Counted from the first letter of the stretch, positions 19,789 to 29,871 are shown. The stretch is DNA of 64,000 nt from Actinomycetota bacterium (GCA_030447305.1 JAUJPC010000002.1:384927-448926); one strand, 5' to 3'. Numbers and translations are program-made. The notes: generated by a model not told the origin, from the sequence alone.

Positions 19789-20525
19789 TGCGGCCGATTC
19801 TGCAGATCGATGCAGGATCGGTTTCCTACTCAGCCGCCTATGCCTGGCAGCGCGACCTTCACGACCGGCGGACGGCAAAGCAAATCCCCGATGTGCTGCT
19901 GCTGCTGGAGCATCCTCACGTCTTCAGCCTGGGCCGGGGCTTTCGTCCCGGCCACCTCCTTTCAGATCCGGCAGACCTTCGGAGGAGGGGAATCGAGATC
20001 CACGAAGCGGACCGCGGTGGGAGCATCACCTACCACGGGCCGGGCCAGCTGGTCGCCTATCCGGTCGTGGACCTGCGTACCGATGAGGCGGGTCATCCGG
20101 ACGTCATCAAGTACCTGCGCCTGCTGGAGGGCGCAACCCTGGCTACCGTTTCCGATTTTGGCATCGGTGCCTGCTTACGGCCCGGGCTGACCGGAATATG
20201 GGTGGGGAAGGACAAGCTGGCGGCCATCGGCGTCAATGTCAGCCGGGGGGTTACTAAACACGGTGCTGCGATCAACGTTTCCACCGACCTGGAGTATTTT
20301 TCCTGGATGATTGCTTGCGGCATTCCGGATGCCGGTGTCACATCGATGGAGCGGGAGCTGGGCCATTGCGTCCCCCTCCGTTTCGTGGCTTCAACCCTTG
20401 CCGGTCATCTGGCCGCATTGCTGGGTCGCCGTCTTGAAGCCGGCACGCTCGAGGATCTGGGGCTGAAGCTCGGCCCGGACGAGCTCTCGGATCGGCTTCC
20501 GCAGGGGGCCGGAACTCATGGCTAG
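19788..20525 (+). CDS. lipB: lipoyl(octanoyl) transferase
   Basis: LipB family (LLLEHPHVFSLG, ITYHGPGQLVAYPV, AIGVNVS). Confidence 0.9.
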   Translation: MRPILQIDAGSVSYSAAYAWQRDLHDRRTAKQIPDVLLLLEHPHVFSLGRGFRPGHLLSDPADLRRRGIEIHEADRGGSITYHGPGQLVAYPVVDLRTDEAGHPDVIKYLRLLEGATLATVSDFGIGACLRPGLTGIWVGKDKLAAIGVNVSRGVTKHGAAINVSTDLEYFSWMIACGIPDAGVTSMERELGHCVPLRFVASTLAGHLAALLGRRLEAGTLEDLGLKLGPDELSDRLPQGAGTHG

Positions 20526-22956
20526 GCTGCGTCAGCTCGAAGGCCTCCGGCTTGAGCTGGAGCGCGACGGCATGTCGCTCAGCCCCGAAGAGGTACTGGC
20601 CGACTACAGAATTGCCCATCAAAGCCGACTGGCGTCTCTGGCCGTAACCCGGGAGGTGCGGGCAGGCCGGGCAACCTTCGGTATCTTCGGCGACGGCAAG
20701 GAGGTTGCCGAGTTGGCGATGGCCAGAGCCTTTCGCAACGGCGACTTTCGGGCCGGCTACTATCGCGACCAGACCTTCATGTTTGCCACGGGGATGTCCG
20801 ACCTACGAAAGTTCTTCGCCCAGCTTTACGGAACCAACGACATCGCCGCGGAGCCGGTGGCCGCCGGCCGGCAGATGAACAACCATTTCGGGACCCGCCT
20901 GCTTGACTCCCACGGCCGGTTTACCGATCTCATGGCCGCCAAGCAGTCGAGCACCGACGTATCCCCCACGGCGGGCCAGATGGCACGGCTTTTGGGACTT
21001 GCGTACGCTTCCAAGCTGTATCGGAACGAGCCGGCCCTGGCGGAGGGGCTCGACGGATTCTCGAACCACGGCAACGAGGTGGCGTTCGGGACCATCGGTA
21101 ATGCCGGGACCAGCGAGGGTGTGTTCTTCGAGACGGTGAACGCCGCCGGCGTCCTGCAGGTGCCGATGGCCATCTCGGTGTGGGACGACTGGTACGGCAT
21201 CTCCGTCCCCAACGAGCTGCAAACGACCAGATGGTCGATCAGCGACGCGCTGCGCGGGTTTGAGTGGGACCAGAAGACCGGAACCGGACTGGACATCCAC
21301 GTAGTGAAAGGATGGGATTACCCCGGCCTATGTCTGGCCTACCTGCGGGGAATCGAGCGAATCAGGGTCAGCCACATTCCCGCGCTGTTCCATGTGGTCG
21401 AGATGACGCAGCCCCAGGGCCACTCGGCAAGCGGCAGCCATGAGCGCTACAAATCGAAGGAGAGGCTGGCTTTCGAGCGGGACCACGACCCCCTCGTCCG
21501 TATGCGTGGCTGGATGGAAGGCCAGGGCCTCTTTCCACCGGAGCTGCTCGACGAGCTGGAGTCTGAAGACGAGGCGTTGGTCGAAAGCGACCGGCGAGCG
21601 GCCTGGACGGCTCACATGGCGCCCATTCGCCGGGAACAGAAGTCCGCGCTGGCCCTGCTGGAGGGCATGTCGGAAGAGATGCATGGAGCCCGGGGCCTAC
21701 CCGACCTGATCGCCGCTCTGCGGAGCCCGGAGCGGCTGAACCGCCGGTTGATCCACACGACTCTGTTTGAGGCTCTGGTGGCATCAAAAGACCACAGCGG
21801 TCCGGCCAAGAGCACGCTCGCCGAGCATGTGGACCGGATTGAGCGTGACAACGATCGTCTCTTCAACTCCCACCTGTACAGCGAGTCGGATGAGTCTCCG
21901 CTCAAGGTGCCCGAACGCAAGCCCAATTACTCGAAAACCTCCGAGGTGGTCGATGGGCGTCAGGTGCTGCAGCGGTGCTTCGACTACCACCTGAAGAAGG
22001 ACGCCCGGCTCTTCATCGTCGGGGAGGACGTTGGCAAGCTGGGGGACGTGAACTTGGTGTTCCAGGACCTGAACCATAGGTACGGCGACCTCAGGGTGAC
22101 CGACACCGGCATCCGGGAGGCGACGATCTTGGGGCAGGGGATAGGCGCTGCCATCCGGGGCCTCCGTCCGCTGGTGGACATCCAGTACCTTGATTACCTT
22201 CCCTACGCCCTGCAGACGATGATGGACGACCTGGCGACGCTTCATTACCGCTCCGCCGGGGGCCAGAAGGCGCCCGTCATCGTACGGACCAAAGGGCACC
22301 GCTTCGATGGGATGTGGCACACGGGGTCGCCGATGGCGATGATCCTGCACTCCTGCCGCGGCATCTATCTTGCGGTTCCTCGAGACATGACCCGGGCTGC
22401 CGGCTTCTACAACACCCTGATGCAATCAGACAATCCGGGTATCGTGATCGAGGTTATGCGGGGATACCGCAGCAAAGAGCGGGTTCCCGATAACCTCGGC
22501 ACGTTCACGGTGCCCCTTGGGATACCGGAGATACTGAGAACTGGGTCCGATCTGACCATTGTTACCTACGCGGAGTGCTGCAACGTGGCCCTCGAAGCAG
22601 CTCAAGTGCTGGAGGCATTCGATGTCGACGCGGAGATCATCGACGTGCAGACCCTGAATCCTTTCGACATCTCCCACTCGATAGTGGACTCCCTGAGGAA
22701 GACGAGCGCAGTGCTGTTCCTGGATGAGGACGTTCCCGGAGGTGCTTCGGCCTACATGATGCAGCAGGTGCTGGAGGACCAGCAGGGTTGGCAGTATCTT
22801 GACGCCTCGCCGCGCACGCTGACCGCCAAGGCCAACCGCTCACCGTACGGCATCGACGGCGGCTACTTCTCCAAGCCCAACGTCCACAACGTCGTCCGGA
22901 CGTGCCACGAGATCGTCTCGGAGACCAGAGCCGGCGGGCTTCCTCCACTGCGTTGA
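20518..22956 (+). CDS. ThDP-dependent 2-oxoacid dehydrogenase E1 component, fused alpha-beta subunits, non-canonical ThDP motif
   Basis: 812 aa; C-terminal half is transketolase-like E1-beta; N-half E1-alpha-like with GNAGTSEG...WDD where GDG...NN is expected; start overlaps lipB stop. Confidence 0.7.
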   Translation: MARLRQLEGLRLELERDGMSLSPEEVLADYRIAHQSRLASLAVTREVRAGRATFGIFGDGKEVAELAMARAFRNGDFRAGYYRDQTFMFATGMSDLRKFFAQLYGTNDIAAEPVAAGRQMNNHFGTRLLDSHGRFTDLMAAKQSSTDVSPTAGQMARLLGLAYASKLYRNEPALAEGLDGFSNHGNEVAFGTIGNAGTSEGVFFETVNAAGVLQVPMAISVWDDWYGISVPNELQTTRWSISDALRGFEWDQKTGTGLDIHVVKGWDYPGLCLAYLRGIERIRVSHIPALFHVVEMTQPQGHSASGSHERYKSKERLAFERDHDPLVRMRGWMEGQGLFPPELLDELESEDEALVESDRRAAWTAHMAPIRREQKSALALLEGMSEEMHGARGLPDLIAALRSPERLNRRLIHTTLFEALVASKDHSGPAKSTLAEHVDRIERDNDRLFNSHLYSESDESPLKVPERKPNYSKTSEVVDGRQVLQRCFDYHLKKDARLFIVGEDVGKLGDVNLVFQDLNHRYGDLRVTDTGIREATILGQGIGAAIRGLRPLVDIQYLDYLPYALQTMMDDLATLHYRSAGGQKAPVIVRTKGHRFDGMWHTGSPMAMILHSCRGIYLAVPRDMTRAAGFYNTLMQSDNPGIVIEVMRGYRSKERVPDNLGTFTVPLGIPEILRTGSDLTIVTYAECCNVALEAAQVLEAFDVDAEIIDVQTLNPFDISHSIVDSLRKTSAVLFLDEDVPGGASAYMMQQVLEDQQGWQYLDASPRTLTAKANRSPYGIDGGYFSKPNVHNVVRTCHEIVSETRAGGLPPLR

Positions 22957-23903
22957 GCGGCGTCTTTCTGGGAGACTCGATACCCACCCGGTCGAACCTC
23001 GGTGCGGTCCCCGCGCGGGTGGCCCGTCCACCCTGGCTGAAGACGAAGGTGCGCACCGGCCTGAATTACGGCGAGCTAAAGCACCTCGTGAAGGGCCTGG
23101 CGCTACACACCGTCTGCGAGCAGGCGTCCTGCCCCAACATCTACGAGTGCTGGGAGGCGAAGGAGGCAACCTTTCTGATTCTCGGTGGCCGGTGCACCCG
23201 CCGGTGCGGCTTCTGCGATATCCAGACCGGCAAGCCGGGCCCTCTGGACTTCGCCGAACCGGAGCGCGTCGCTTCGGCTGTCGAGCACCTCGGCCTGAGC
23301 TTCGCCGTGGTGACCGGGGTGGAGCGTGACGATGCCTCACCGGTCGAGGTCGCCGGCATCTGGGCGGCCACTATCCGAGCAATCCACCGGCGCATTCCTG
23401 CGTGCCGGGTGGAGGTTCTGACCGGAGACCTGAAGGGCAAGCCCGAGGCGGTTCAAACCGTGATCGAGTCGGGACCTGATGTGTTTGCCCACAACCTGGA
23501 GACCTCTCGCCGGCTGCACCGCAAGATTCGGCCGGGGTTCCGGTACGAACGTTCCTTGGAGGTGCTGCGAATGGCCAAGGAGATGGACCCGGCCCTTCCT
23601 ACGAAGTCCAACATTATCGTCGGAATGGGGGAGACTGACGAGGAGGTTATCGAGTGCCTCTACGATCTTCATGAAGCCCGCGTGGACCTGGTGACCATCG
23701 GCCAGTATCTGGCGCCGTCGGTCAACCACCATCTGCCCGTGGACAGGTGGGTCACGCCGGAGATGTTTGCCGAGTACGCGGCCGCCGGGGAGGAGATGGG
23801 GTTTGCCTGGGTCGAGTCCGGTCCCCTTGTCCGATCGTCATATCACGCAGGCAAGCAGTACCAGGCGGCGACGTCACGCCTGAACGCGCTCTACGGTTCC
23901 TGA
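22953..23903 (+). CDS. lipA: lipoyl synthase (radical SAM)
   Basis: CPNIYECW and CTRRCGFCDI cluster motifs; start set to TTG overlapping upstream TGA (TTGA); track ORF starts 22902. Confidence 0.88.
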   Translation: MSGVFLGDSIPTRSNLGAVPARVARPPWLKTKVRTGLNYGELKHLVKGLALHTVCEQASCPNIYECWEAKEATFLILGGRCTRRCGFCDIQTGKPGPLDFAEPERVASAVEHLGLSFAVVTGVERDDASPVEVAGIWAATIRAIHRRIPACRVEVLTGDLKGKPEAVQTVIESGPDVFAHNLETSRRLHRKIRPGFRYERSLEVLRMAKEMDPALPTKSNIIVGMGETDEEVIECLYDLHEARVDLVTIGQYLAPSVNHHLPVDRWVTPEMFAEYAAAGEEMGFAWVESGPLVRSSYHAGKQYQAATSRLNALYGS

Positions 23904-25114
23904 CGTTCCTCGGCCTGGGCCTGCTTGATCTCCGGCTGACTTGGCTCCACCAGGTCTGGTTCGGCAGGTACCTCCAAGGACTCAATAACCTCGACCGAAG
24001 TGTCTACCTCAGGGGCCGGGGCTTCGGCTTCCTCGAAATCGGTCAGCACCCCTGCCGCGCCGGGGGGCCCGGGTAGTTCTCGCTCGCTATCCTCTGGGAG
24101 AGGTTGCTCGGCATCGCGCCCGGAGGCGGTGAGCGGCTCGGGCGCCGGATCTGACGCAAGCACAGGAACCGGTCCCGGCTCGCGTTTTGATTTCGGAGTC
24201 GGCTCCAGTACCGGCTCGGTCGCCGGCACCTCCACGGCAGTCGGCTCCATGGAGCCGGAATCGATAGTAACCTCGTCCCCTGCAATGGCCCCCGCAGGTG
24301 CCGCCTTCGCACTTCCCCGCAGCTTGGTGAGGCCAACAAGCGAAAATCCAAGCACGGCAATCGCAGTGAGCTGGCTTCCCGTAAGTCCGGTACCGAACCA
24401 GGTCTTGTCCACCCGGGTGAAGTCGGTGATGATCCTTCCCGCCGAGTACAGCGCGGCCCACGTGAGTACCAGAAACCCATTCGGTCGGGGCTTCCGGCTC
24501 AGGACCATCAGCACCAGAAAGATGATCAGTGCCCAGATGGCGTCGTATAGCGCAGTCTGGTGTACCACCATGCCGGGTCTGATACACCCGTCCGGGCTGG
24601 GATATATCGACGGATCGCACGGCGGGGGGGAGATGAGCTCGCCGCCCTTGTACTCCCATCCCCAGAAGCCGCTGGTGGTCCGGCCGAGATGGTCTCCGAT
24701 GACCAGGTCCCCGATGCGCCCCACTGCGGTGCCTATCGCGAGGCCGGGAGCTCCCAGGTCGGCGAGTCTCGCAAAGTCGAGGTTTTTGACTCGGCAGTAA
24801 ATGTAAGCCGCTAGGAATCCCCCCAGGAGCCCTCCCATTAGCGAGATGCCGCCTTTGTAGATCTGCAGGTACTCGATGGGGCTCTGGAATTGAGCGCTAT
24901 GTCCGATTATGTAGGCCAGGCGAGCGCCGACGATGGCCCCCAGGACACCTACGACGGCCGCGTTCCAGGCGTGGTCTTCGTCGAAGCCGGTTCTCCGGGC
25001 ACGGCGCGCCATGAGGGTGGCGCCGAGGAAGTAGCCCACGGCTATGCCGACCCCGTGGGGGGAGACGCTCAGATTCTCCAGGGGAATTCGGGGAATCACT
25101 TCCCATCCCAGCAT
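23891..25114 (-). CDS. lgt: prolipoprotein diacylglyceryl transferase with acidic Pro/Glu-rich C-terminal extension
   Basis: Lgt family core; start set to ATG preceded by GGAGGAGG; about 130 aa low-complexity tail. Confidence 0.85.
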   Translation of the reverse strand: MLGWEVIPRIPLENLSVSPHGVGIAVGYFLGATLMARRARRTGFDEDHAWNAAVVGVLGAIVGARLAYIIGHSAQFQSPIEYLQIYKGGISLMGGLLGGFLAAYIYCRVKNLDFARLADLGAPGLAIGTAVGRIGDLVIGDHLGRTTSGFWGWEYKGGELISPPPCDPSIYPSPDGCIRPGMVVHQTALYDAIWALIIFLVLMVLSRKPRPNGFLVLTWAALYSAGRIITDFTRVDKTWFGTGLTGSQLTAIAVLGFSLVGLTKLRGSAKAAPAGAIAGDEVTIDSGSMEPTAVEVPATEPVLEPTPKSKREPGPVPVLASDPAPEPLTASGRDAEQPLPEDSERELPGPPGAAGVLTDFEEAEAPAPEVDTSVEVIESLEVPAEPDLVEPSQPEIKQAQAEERQEP

Positions 25115-25271
25115 GGTGCGTGCCTCCTCCAGTAAACCGCTCCAGGCGAAGCATACCGGGCTGCGCGAGGAGCTCTGACACTTCCGAGCGCCCGCCATAC
25201 TTCGTGGATAGAATGATTCTCCGGCGGGGATCCCCCCAAAACTTTGAGATCACCTGAAGGAGTCGGATCAA

Positions 25272-25571
25272 ATGACGTACATAATCTGCGAGCCATGCAT
25301 CGGCGTGAAGGACCGGTCCTGTGTGGACGAGTGCCCGGTTGACTGCATCTACGAGGGCGAGGACCAGCTTTACATTCACCCGGAGGAGTGCGTCGACTGC
25401 GACGCCTGCCTGCCCGCCTGCCCGGTTGACGCCATCTACCCCGGGGACAACGTCCCTGCGGAGTGGAAGGAATACATCGCCAAGAACGCCTCCTTCTTCA
25501 GCGAGCATCCCGATGCCACCGGTGGTGCCTCCGAGAGCCCGTACGCACCTTCCGAGGAGCGCAGCGAATAA
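25272..25571 (+). CDS. 7Fe ferredoxin (FdxA-like)
   Basis: [17 protein letters not shown] and [12 protein letters not shown] cluster motifs; AGGAG RBS. Confidence 0.9.
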   Translation: MTYIICEPCIGVKDRSCVDECPVDCIYEGEDQLYIHPEECVDCDACLPACPVDAIYPGDNVPAEWKEYIAKNASFFSEHPDATGGASESPYAPSEERSE

Positions 25572-25930
25572 GCTTGGCGCGACCAACTTGGGGGAGAGGG
25601 TCTCGATCCTCTTTTCGATCTCGGGCGACCCTGAGCATCCCTTCAGTGAGGTAACGGGGGTTCTTCAAAGAGTTACCGATGCAGATGGTCCCGATGCCCG
25701 ATATTCCATCGTTCGTCGCAGCGGCGAGGTCGTAGAAGTAAGACACGATGCGATCGTCAAGCTGAAGCTGCTGCCTGCAGGAACCGGACCGCTCCGCACT
25801 CCCGAATCCTGGAAAACCGGCGGCTCCTGATGAAGATGCAGAACTTTTTCTACCGCCACAGCGAGCAACCTCTTGTTTTAGGCGCGGGGTCTGCGAAACT
25901 GTAGGTGGAGTCCACGGCACGGAGCTATAG

Positions 25931-26278
25931 ATGGCCCTGTTCGACAAGTTCAAGCGCTCTGACATGAAGGTGCTTCAGCAGTTCGCCGCAACTCATCAGG
26001 GCGTGGAGGCGTACATGGAGCCGCAGACGCCCACGCGCCCGCAGTCACTGCTGCTGGTGGCCCGCGACGGGGAGTGGGCGCGTGCCACCGTAGCCGACCG
26101 GGGACAGGCCGGAGCCTTCTGCAAGAAGCTCGGGATTCCCTACTACGACGCTGCGGTTGTCGGCTATCCCGACCGGATGAAGGGCTACAAGGGCAAGCCG
26201 GCACCCGAGGCTCCGTCCGCTGAGGAGCTGGAGGCCTGGTTCGCTCAAGGTACGGCCAACGAGCCGGACCTCGGCTAG
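25931..26278 (+). CDS. hypothetical protein
   Basis: 115 aa ORF with GGAG upstream of ATG. Confidence 0.4.
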   Translation: MALFDKFKRSDMKVLQQFAATHQGVEAYMEPQTPTRPQSLLLVARDGEWARATVADRGQAGAFCKKLGIPYYDAAVVGYPDRMKGYKGKPAPEAPSAEELEAWFAQGTANEPDLG

Positions 26279-26395
26279 TTACCCAGAACACTTCGACTAC
26301 TATGGATGGGTAAGTGGAACCATACGGCGCGCATTGTGTGCCTCTGCGGAGATCTGTTTCGATAACCAAGGTTTCTTGGAACCAAGGAGGACATT

Positions 26396-26767
26396 TTGGA
26401 CACCAGAGTTGAAGAGGCTTCCGTCACCCCCAAGACTGCTCCGGGCCCCATCGTCCTGGGAGCGGCGGCCACGGCGAAGATCGCCGAGCTTCTTGAAAGG
26501 GAGGGTAACCCCGATTACTTCCTGCGCGTCGCGGTGCAGCCCGGGGGCTGCTCCGGATTGCGTTACCAGCTCTTCTTCGACGACCAGCCTCTTGAGGGCG
26601 ACAACGTGATGGCTGAAGGTTCGGTTACGGTAAGGGTTGACCGCATGTCGGTCCCGTACCTGAAGGGCGCCACGGTTGACTGGCTGGAGGGTCTGGAACA
26701 GTCGGGCTTCACCATCAATAACCCGAACGCCGCAGGAAGCTGCGCTTGCGGAGACTCGTTCCACTAA
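26396..26767 (+). CDS. HesB/IscA family iron-sulfur cluster insertion protein
   Basis: C-terminal GSCACGDSF motif; TTG start 6 nt after AAGGAGG. Confidence 0.85.
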   Translation: MDTRVEEASVTPKTAPGPIVLGAAATAKIAELLEREGNPDYFLRVAVQPGGCSGLRYQLFFDDQPLEGDNVMAEGSVTVRVDRMSVPYLKGATVDWLEGLEQSGFTINNPNAAGSCACGDSFH

Positions 26768-26866
26768 AACACTCTGCCTTTGAGAAGGGGGAAGCCTGCA
26801 AGGCTTCCGGAGTTTCGCGTGCTTGAATGGGTAACTCTTGCTCAGCATGTTGTCGGAGGGTGACCC

Positions 26867-27154
26867 ATGGTGGGATCGCAGGACTGGCGCCTGTTCGGCC
26901 AGGAGAAGTACCTCTTCGGAGCGACGCTGGTTCATCGCGATTACACGCGGGATCAAGTAGTCGACTCCCGTTGGGAGGACGACCACTGCGAGTTCTGCGG
27001 AACGGAGTTCATGAGGGACAATTTTCCCGATGTGCTCCACGATGGCTACGCCACCCTGAACGGCCTGCACTGGATCTGCACCGACTGCTTCAATGACTTC
27101 AAGCCCATGTTCCGGTGGACCGTCACCGAAGAACCGGCGCCCGGCGCCCCCTGA
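26867..27154 (+). CDS. hypothetical protein with two CxxC pairs (zinc-ribbon-like)
   Basis: HCEFCG and ICTDCF; GGAGGG RBS before ATG. Confidence 0.45.
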   Translation: MVGSQDWRLFGQEKYLFGATLVHRDYTRDQVVDSRWEDDHCEFCGTEFMRDNFPDVLHDGYATLNGLHWICTDCFNDFKPMFRWTVTEEPAPGAP

Positions 27155-27213
27155 GCATCTAGTACTTCCAAACTAGTTCGGCCACCGATAACCATTTATT
27201 TAATTGGAGTTGA

Positions 27214-27250
27214 CCGGGGCATAAATGTCGGTGCTAGAATTACGGCGGTG
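27214..27250 (+). promoter_or_regulatory. candidate promoter in AT-rich region upstream of whiB-like gene
   Basis: TTGACC then CTAGAAT-like element about 19 nt downstream; AT-rich in GC-rich context. Confidence 0.25.
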
Positions 27251-27273
27251 TAATTACGCACGGAGTATACCTA

Positions 27274-27537
27274 ATGGCGATATTTCAACAGGGTCTCACC
27301 TGGCAGGGTTTGGCGCGCTGCGTCGAAGCGGACCCAGAGATCTTTTTCCCCGAGCGAGGCGGCTCGTCGAAGGCTGCACGAGCAGTCTGCAGCGAGTGTC
27401 CTGTTCGTCAGGAATGTCTGCGCTATGCGCTGGCCAACCGCGAACAATTCGGCATCTGGGGCGGAACCAGTGAGCGCGAAAGAAGGCGTCTGCGGCGCAC
27501 TCAGTCTCCGTCAAGAGGTGTCACGCTAGTCGGCTAA
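27274..27537 (+). CDS. WhiB family transcriptional regulator (WhiB1-like)
   Basis: Four conserved Cys (C..C..C..C) and GIWGG motif. Confidence 0.88.
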   Translation: MAIFQQGLTWQGLARCVEADPEIFFPERGGSSKAARAVCSECPVRQECLRYALANREQFGIWGGTSERERRRLRRTQSPSRGVTLVG

Positions 27538-27556
27538 AGAAACGACCGTCAAAAAC

Positions 27557-28426
27557 TCAATCGGCATACAGCCGGTCCACTGCTTCCTCGAGGACCTTGG
27601 GTGGTGCCCGCAACCCTAACTCGTCACTTGTGGCGGTACTCAGGCATGCCCTGGGAACCAATCCCACAATTTCGGATCCCTGAACCTTGATTCCTGCCTT
27701 CCCGGCTGCACCGGAGACCGCCTGGTAAGCGTCGCGCAAGGTGAAGGTATCCGGCCTGGTGATGTTCATCGAGACCTGTGCCGTGTCTCGGGACGGCAGA
27801 TACAGGCCGAGGGTCCGAAGGTGGCCGGCGTGGTCCCGTCGCAGCGTCGCCGCAATGCTCTGTGCAACCCGGGGGTCATGGGTCGCGAGATCCACGTTGT
27901 AGGCGACCAACAGCCCGCGGGCTCCCACCACCGCGGCGCCGGCGGTCGGATGGGGACCCGGTCCGCCGAAGTCCGGCTGATGGCCGGCAAACGCGTACCT
28001 GCGGATCCACGGCAAGGCCCTGGCTTGGTCGGTGGCGGCTGCCTCCTCGTACAAGAACACGGGCAACAGCAGCTCTTCCCACATCCGCCGGGCACCGCTG
28101 CGAGCCGCCCCGACCGCAGCGGCCATCGGCGCGTTGCGAAGCGGGTAGAAGGGAACCACGTCCACAACGCCGAGCCGCGGGTGCACTCCGGAATGGTTCC
28201 CCAGGTCCATATGTTCCACGGCGATACGCGCGACTCTGACGACTGCCTCCACCAGCCTTTGGGGGTAGCCGGCGAGCGTGAGGACCGTCCGGTTGTGGTC
28301 GGTGTCAGAGGAGATATCCAGCACCTGAGCCGCCGAAGCGGCCTGGACCGCGGCCAGTTCGATCACTTCCAGACGGCGGCCTTCCGATAGGTTCAGGGCA
28401 CATCCGAGGATCGGCTGTTGGGTCAT
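27557..28426 (-). CDS. glutamate formimidoyltransferase (formiminotransferase domain protein)
   Basis: N-terminal LNLSEGR-type motif; start moved to internal ATG (MTQQPILGCALNLSEGR). Confidence 0.6.
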   Translation of the reverse strand: MTQQPILGCALNLSEGRRLEVIELAAVQAASAAQVLDISSDTDHNRTVLTLAGYPQRLVEAVVRVARIAVEHMDLGNHSGVHPRLGVVDVVPFYPLRNAPMAAAVGAARSGARRMWEELLLPVFLYEEAAATDQARALPWIRRYAFAGHQPDFGGPGPHPTAGAAVVGARGLLVAYNVDLATHDPRVAQSIAATLRRDHAGHLRTLGLYLPSRDTAQVSMNITRPDTFTLRDAYQAVSGAAGKAGIKVQGSEIVGLVPRACLSTATSDELGLRAPPKVLEEAVDRLYAD

Positions 28427-28443
28427 GCCGGTAGCATAGGAGG

Positions 28444-28863
28444 GTGGATCCCGAATTTGGCCTGGGCGTAAGAACCAGCCTGCCTTTCGACCAGGTCGTT
28501 CTGAGGGCACGGATATCGCTGAGAGCGCACGGCTTCAGCATCCTCTCCGAGATGCCCGCCCCAGCGGGTATCGGGGATGAGAGCGGGCGCCGGCACCTGT
28601 TCATGGCGGTTTGGGAGAAGCTCATCACCTCCGGGAACCTCGGGGGTCGGGGGCTTGACGTCGGAGACCACCTGTCCTGCAACGTGGTGGTCTTCCAGGA
28701 GGCAGAGGACACGCTCGTGGCGGCGCTCGACCCCACGGAGGGCATGGAGGGGTGGGTGGAGGGCGCCAGGGAGGCGGAAGCGGCCCGGGATGCGCTGCAG
28801 CGGGCGCTCGCACAGCTGCTCAAGTCTCCCGGGAGCCCGGGGTTGAGCCTCCCCGTCGTCTAG
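28444..28863 (+). CDS. hypothetical protein (possibly DUF302-like)
   Basis: 139 aa ORF; GTG start adjacent to AGGAGG; antisense 349 aa ORF judged spurious. Confidence 0.35.
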   Translation: MDPEFGLGVRTSLPFDQVVLRARISLRAHGFSILSEMPAPAGIGDESGRRHLFMAVWEKLITSGNLGGRGLDVGDHLSCNVVVFQEAEDTLVAALDPTEGMEGWVEGAREAEAARDALQRALAQLLKSPGSPGLSLPVV

Positions 28864-28866
28864 TGA

Positions 28867-29871
28867 ATGTGCACTAAGTTGCGCTTCGGTCTCGCGCTTC
28901 CACAGTACGACTACAGCCTTCCCGACAACGCGCCAATCCGGTGGACCTCTGTCGTCGATTGGGCGGTACGCGCGGAGTCGCTGGGATTTCACTCCGTCTG
29001 GCTCTCCGATCACCTTTTCTACGACCTTGCGCGCTACGGCGGTCCTGCCGGCCCGCAGCAAGGTGTGGAGTGCTTTACGGGGCTGGCGGGCCTCAGCGCC
29101 GTCACCGGCCGGCTCCGACTCGGCACGCTCGTCGCTTGCAACGACCTGAGGAGTCCGGCTCTGGTCGCCAAGATGGCGGCGACGCTCGACGTGCTCTCCG
29201 GGGGGCGGGTCGACCTGGGCCTGGGCGCCGGCTGGTTCGAGCCCGAGTATAGGGCTGCCGGCATCCCGTTCGAGCGACCGGGCGTAAGGATACGCAGGCT
29301 CGGCGAGGCGGTGCGGATTATTCGGGAGCTGCTCGCCCGGGGAGAGCTCGACTTCGAGGGCAGTCACTACCGGCTTGAGGGTGCCCGGTGCCTTCCCCGT
29401 CCGGTACAGGCGCGGCTCCCCGTGTTCGTCGGCGGCCATGGCGACCGGGTCGCCAGGCTTGCCGGACGCCACGCCGACGGCTTCAACAGCGCGTGGGCGT
29501 GGGAACCGCAGGACTTGGCAGACCGGATCCAGCTTGTGAACCGGACGGCTGAAGCCGCCGGGCGAGATCCTTCGGACGTTAATAAAACGGTGGGCCTGTA
29601 CACGCTTCCCGGCCGCACAGACCGCGACGTGTCCGAGCGCTGGAGCCGGTATGTTCGATGCAGCCCAAGCGGGCGCGGTCTACTTTCTTTTCCGATCTGG
29701 GCCCGGGACAAGCTAGCCGGAACCCACATGCAGCTGACGGATAGAATTCGTAAGTTCGAGGACCTCGGTGTGAGCGAGATCGTCCTCACGTTTGGCTCTA
29801 TTCCATTCCAGGTCTGTGATCCCGAAGCGGTCGATGAGTTCATGGAGGAGGTCGCTCCGCTGGTAGCCTGA
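28867..29871 (+). CDS. LLM-class (luciferase-like) F420-dependent oxidoreductase
   Basis: TIM-barrel LLM family pattern (GFHSVWLSDH, GRVDLGLGAGW). Confidence 0.75.
   Translation: MCTKLRFGLALPQYDYSLPDNAPIRWTSVVDWAVRAESLGFHSVWLSDHLFYDLARYGGPAGPQQGVECFTGLAGLSAVTGRLRLGTLVACNDLRSPALVAKMAATLDVLSGGRVDLGLGAGWFEPEYRAAGIPFERPGVRIRRLGEAVRIIRELLARGELDFEGSHYRLEGARCLPRPVQARLPVFVGGHGDRVARLAGRHADGFNSAWAWEPQDLADRIQLVNRTAEAAGRDPSDVNKTVGLYTLPGRTDRDVSERWSRYVRCSPSGRGLLSFPIWARDKLAGTHMQLTDRIRKFEDLGVSEIVLTFGSIPFQVCDPEAVDEFMEEVAPLVA

Noticed and set aside
22902-22952. lipA start at the first in-frame start codon (22902), 55 nt inside the upstream gene
   Set aside because: TTG at 22953 overlapping the upstream TGA (TTGA) gives a LipA length close to characterised homologues and a typical coupling arrangement; the upstream start remains possible.
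25572-25830. Possible small protein encoded after the ferredoxin gene (C-terminal part of ORF 25321..25830)
   Set aside because: No convincing start codon with RBS and no recognisable family; too weak to call.
28423-29472. 349 aa minus-strand ORF
   Set aside because: Antisense to the LLM oxidoreductase and the small upstream gene; no recognisable motifs, Arg/Pro-rich.
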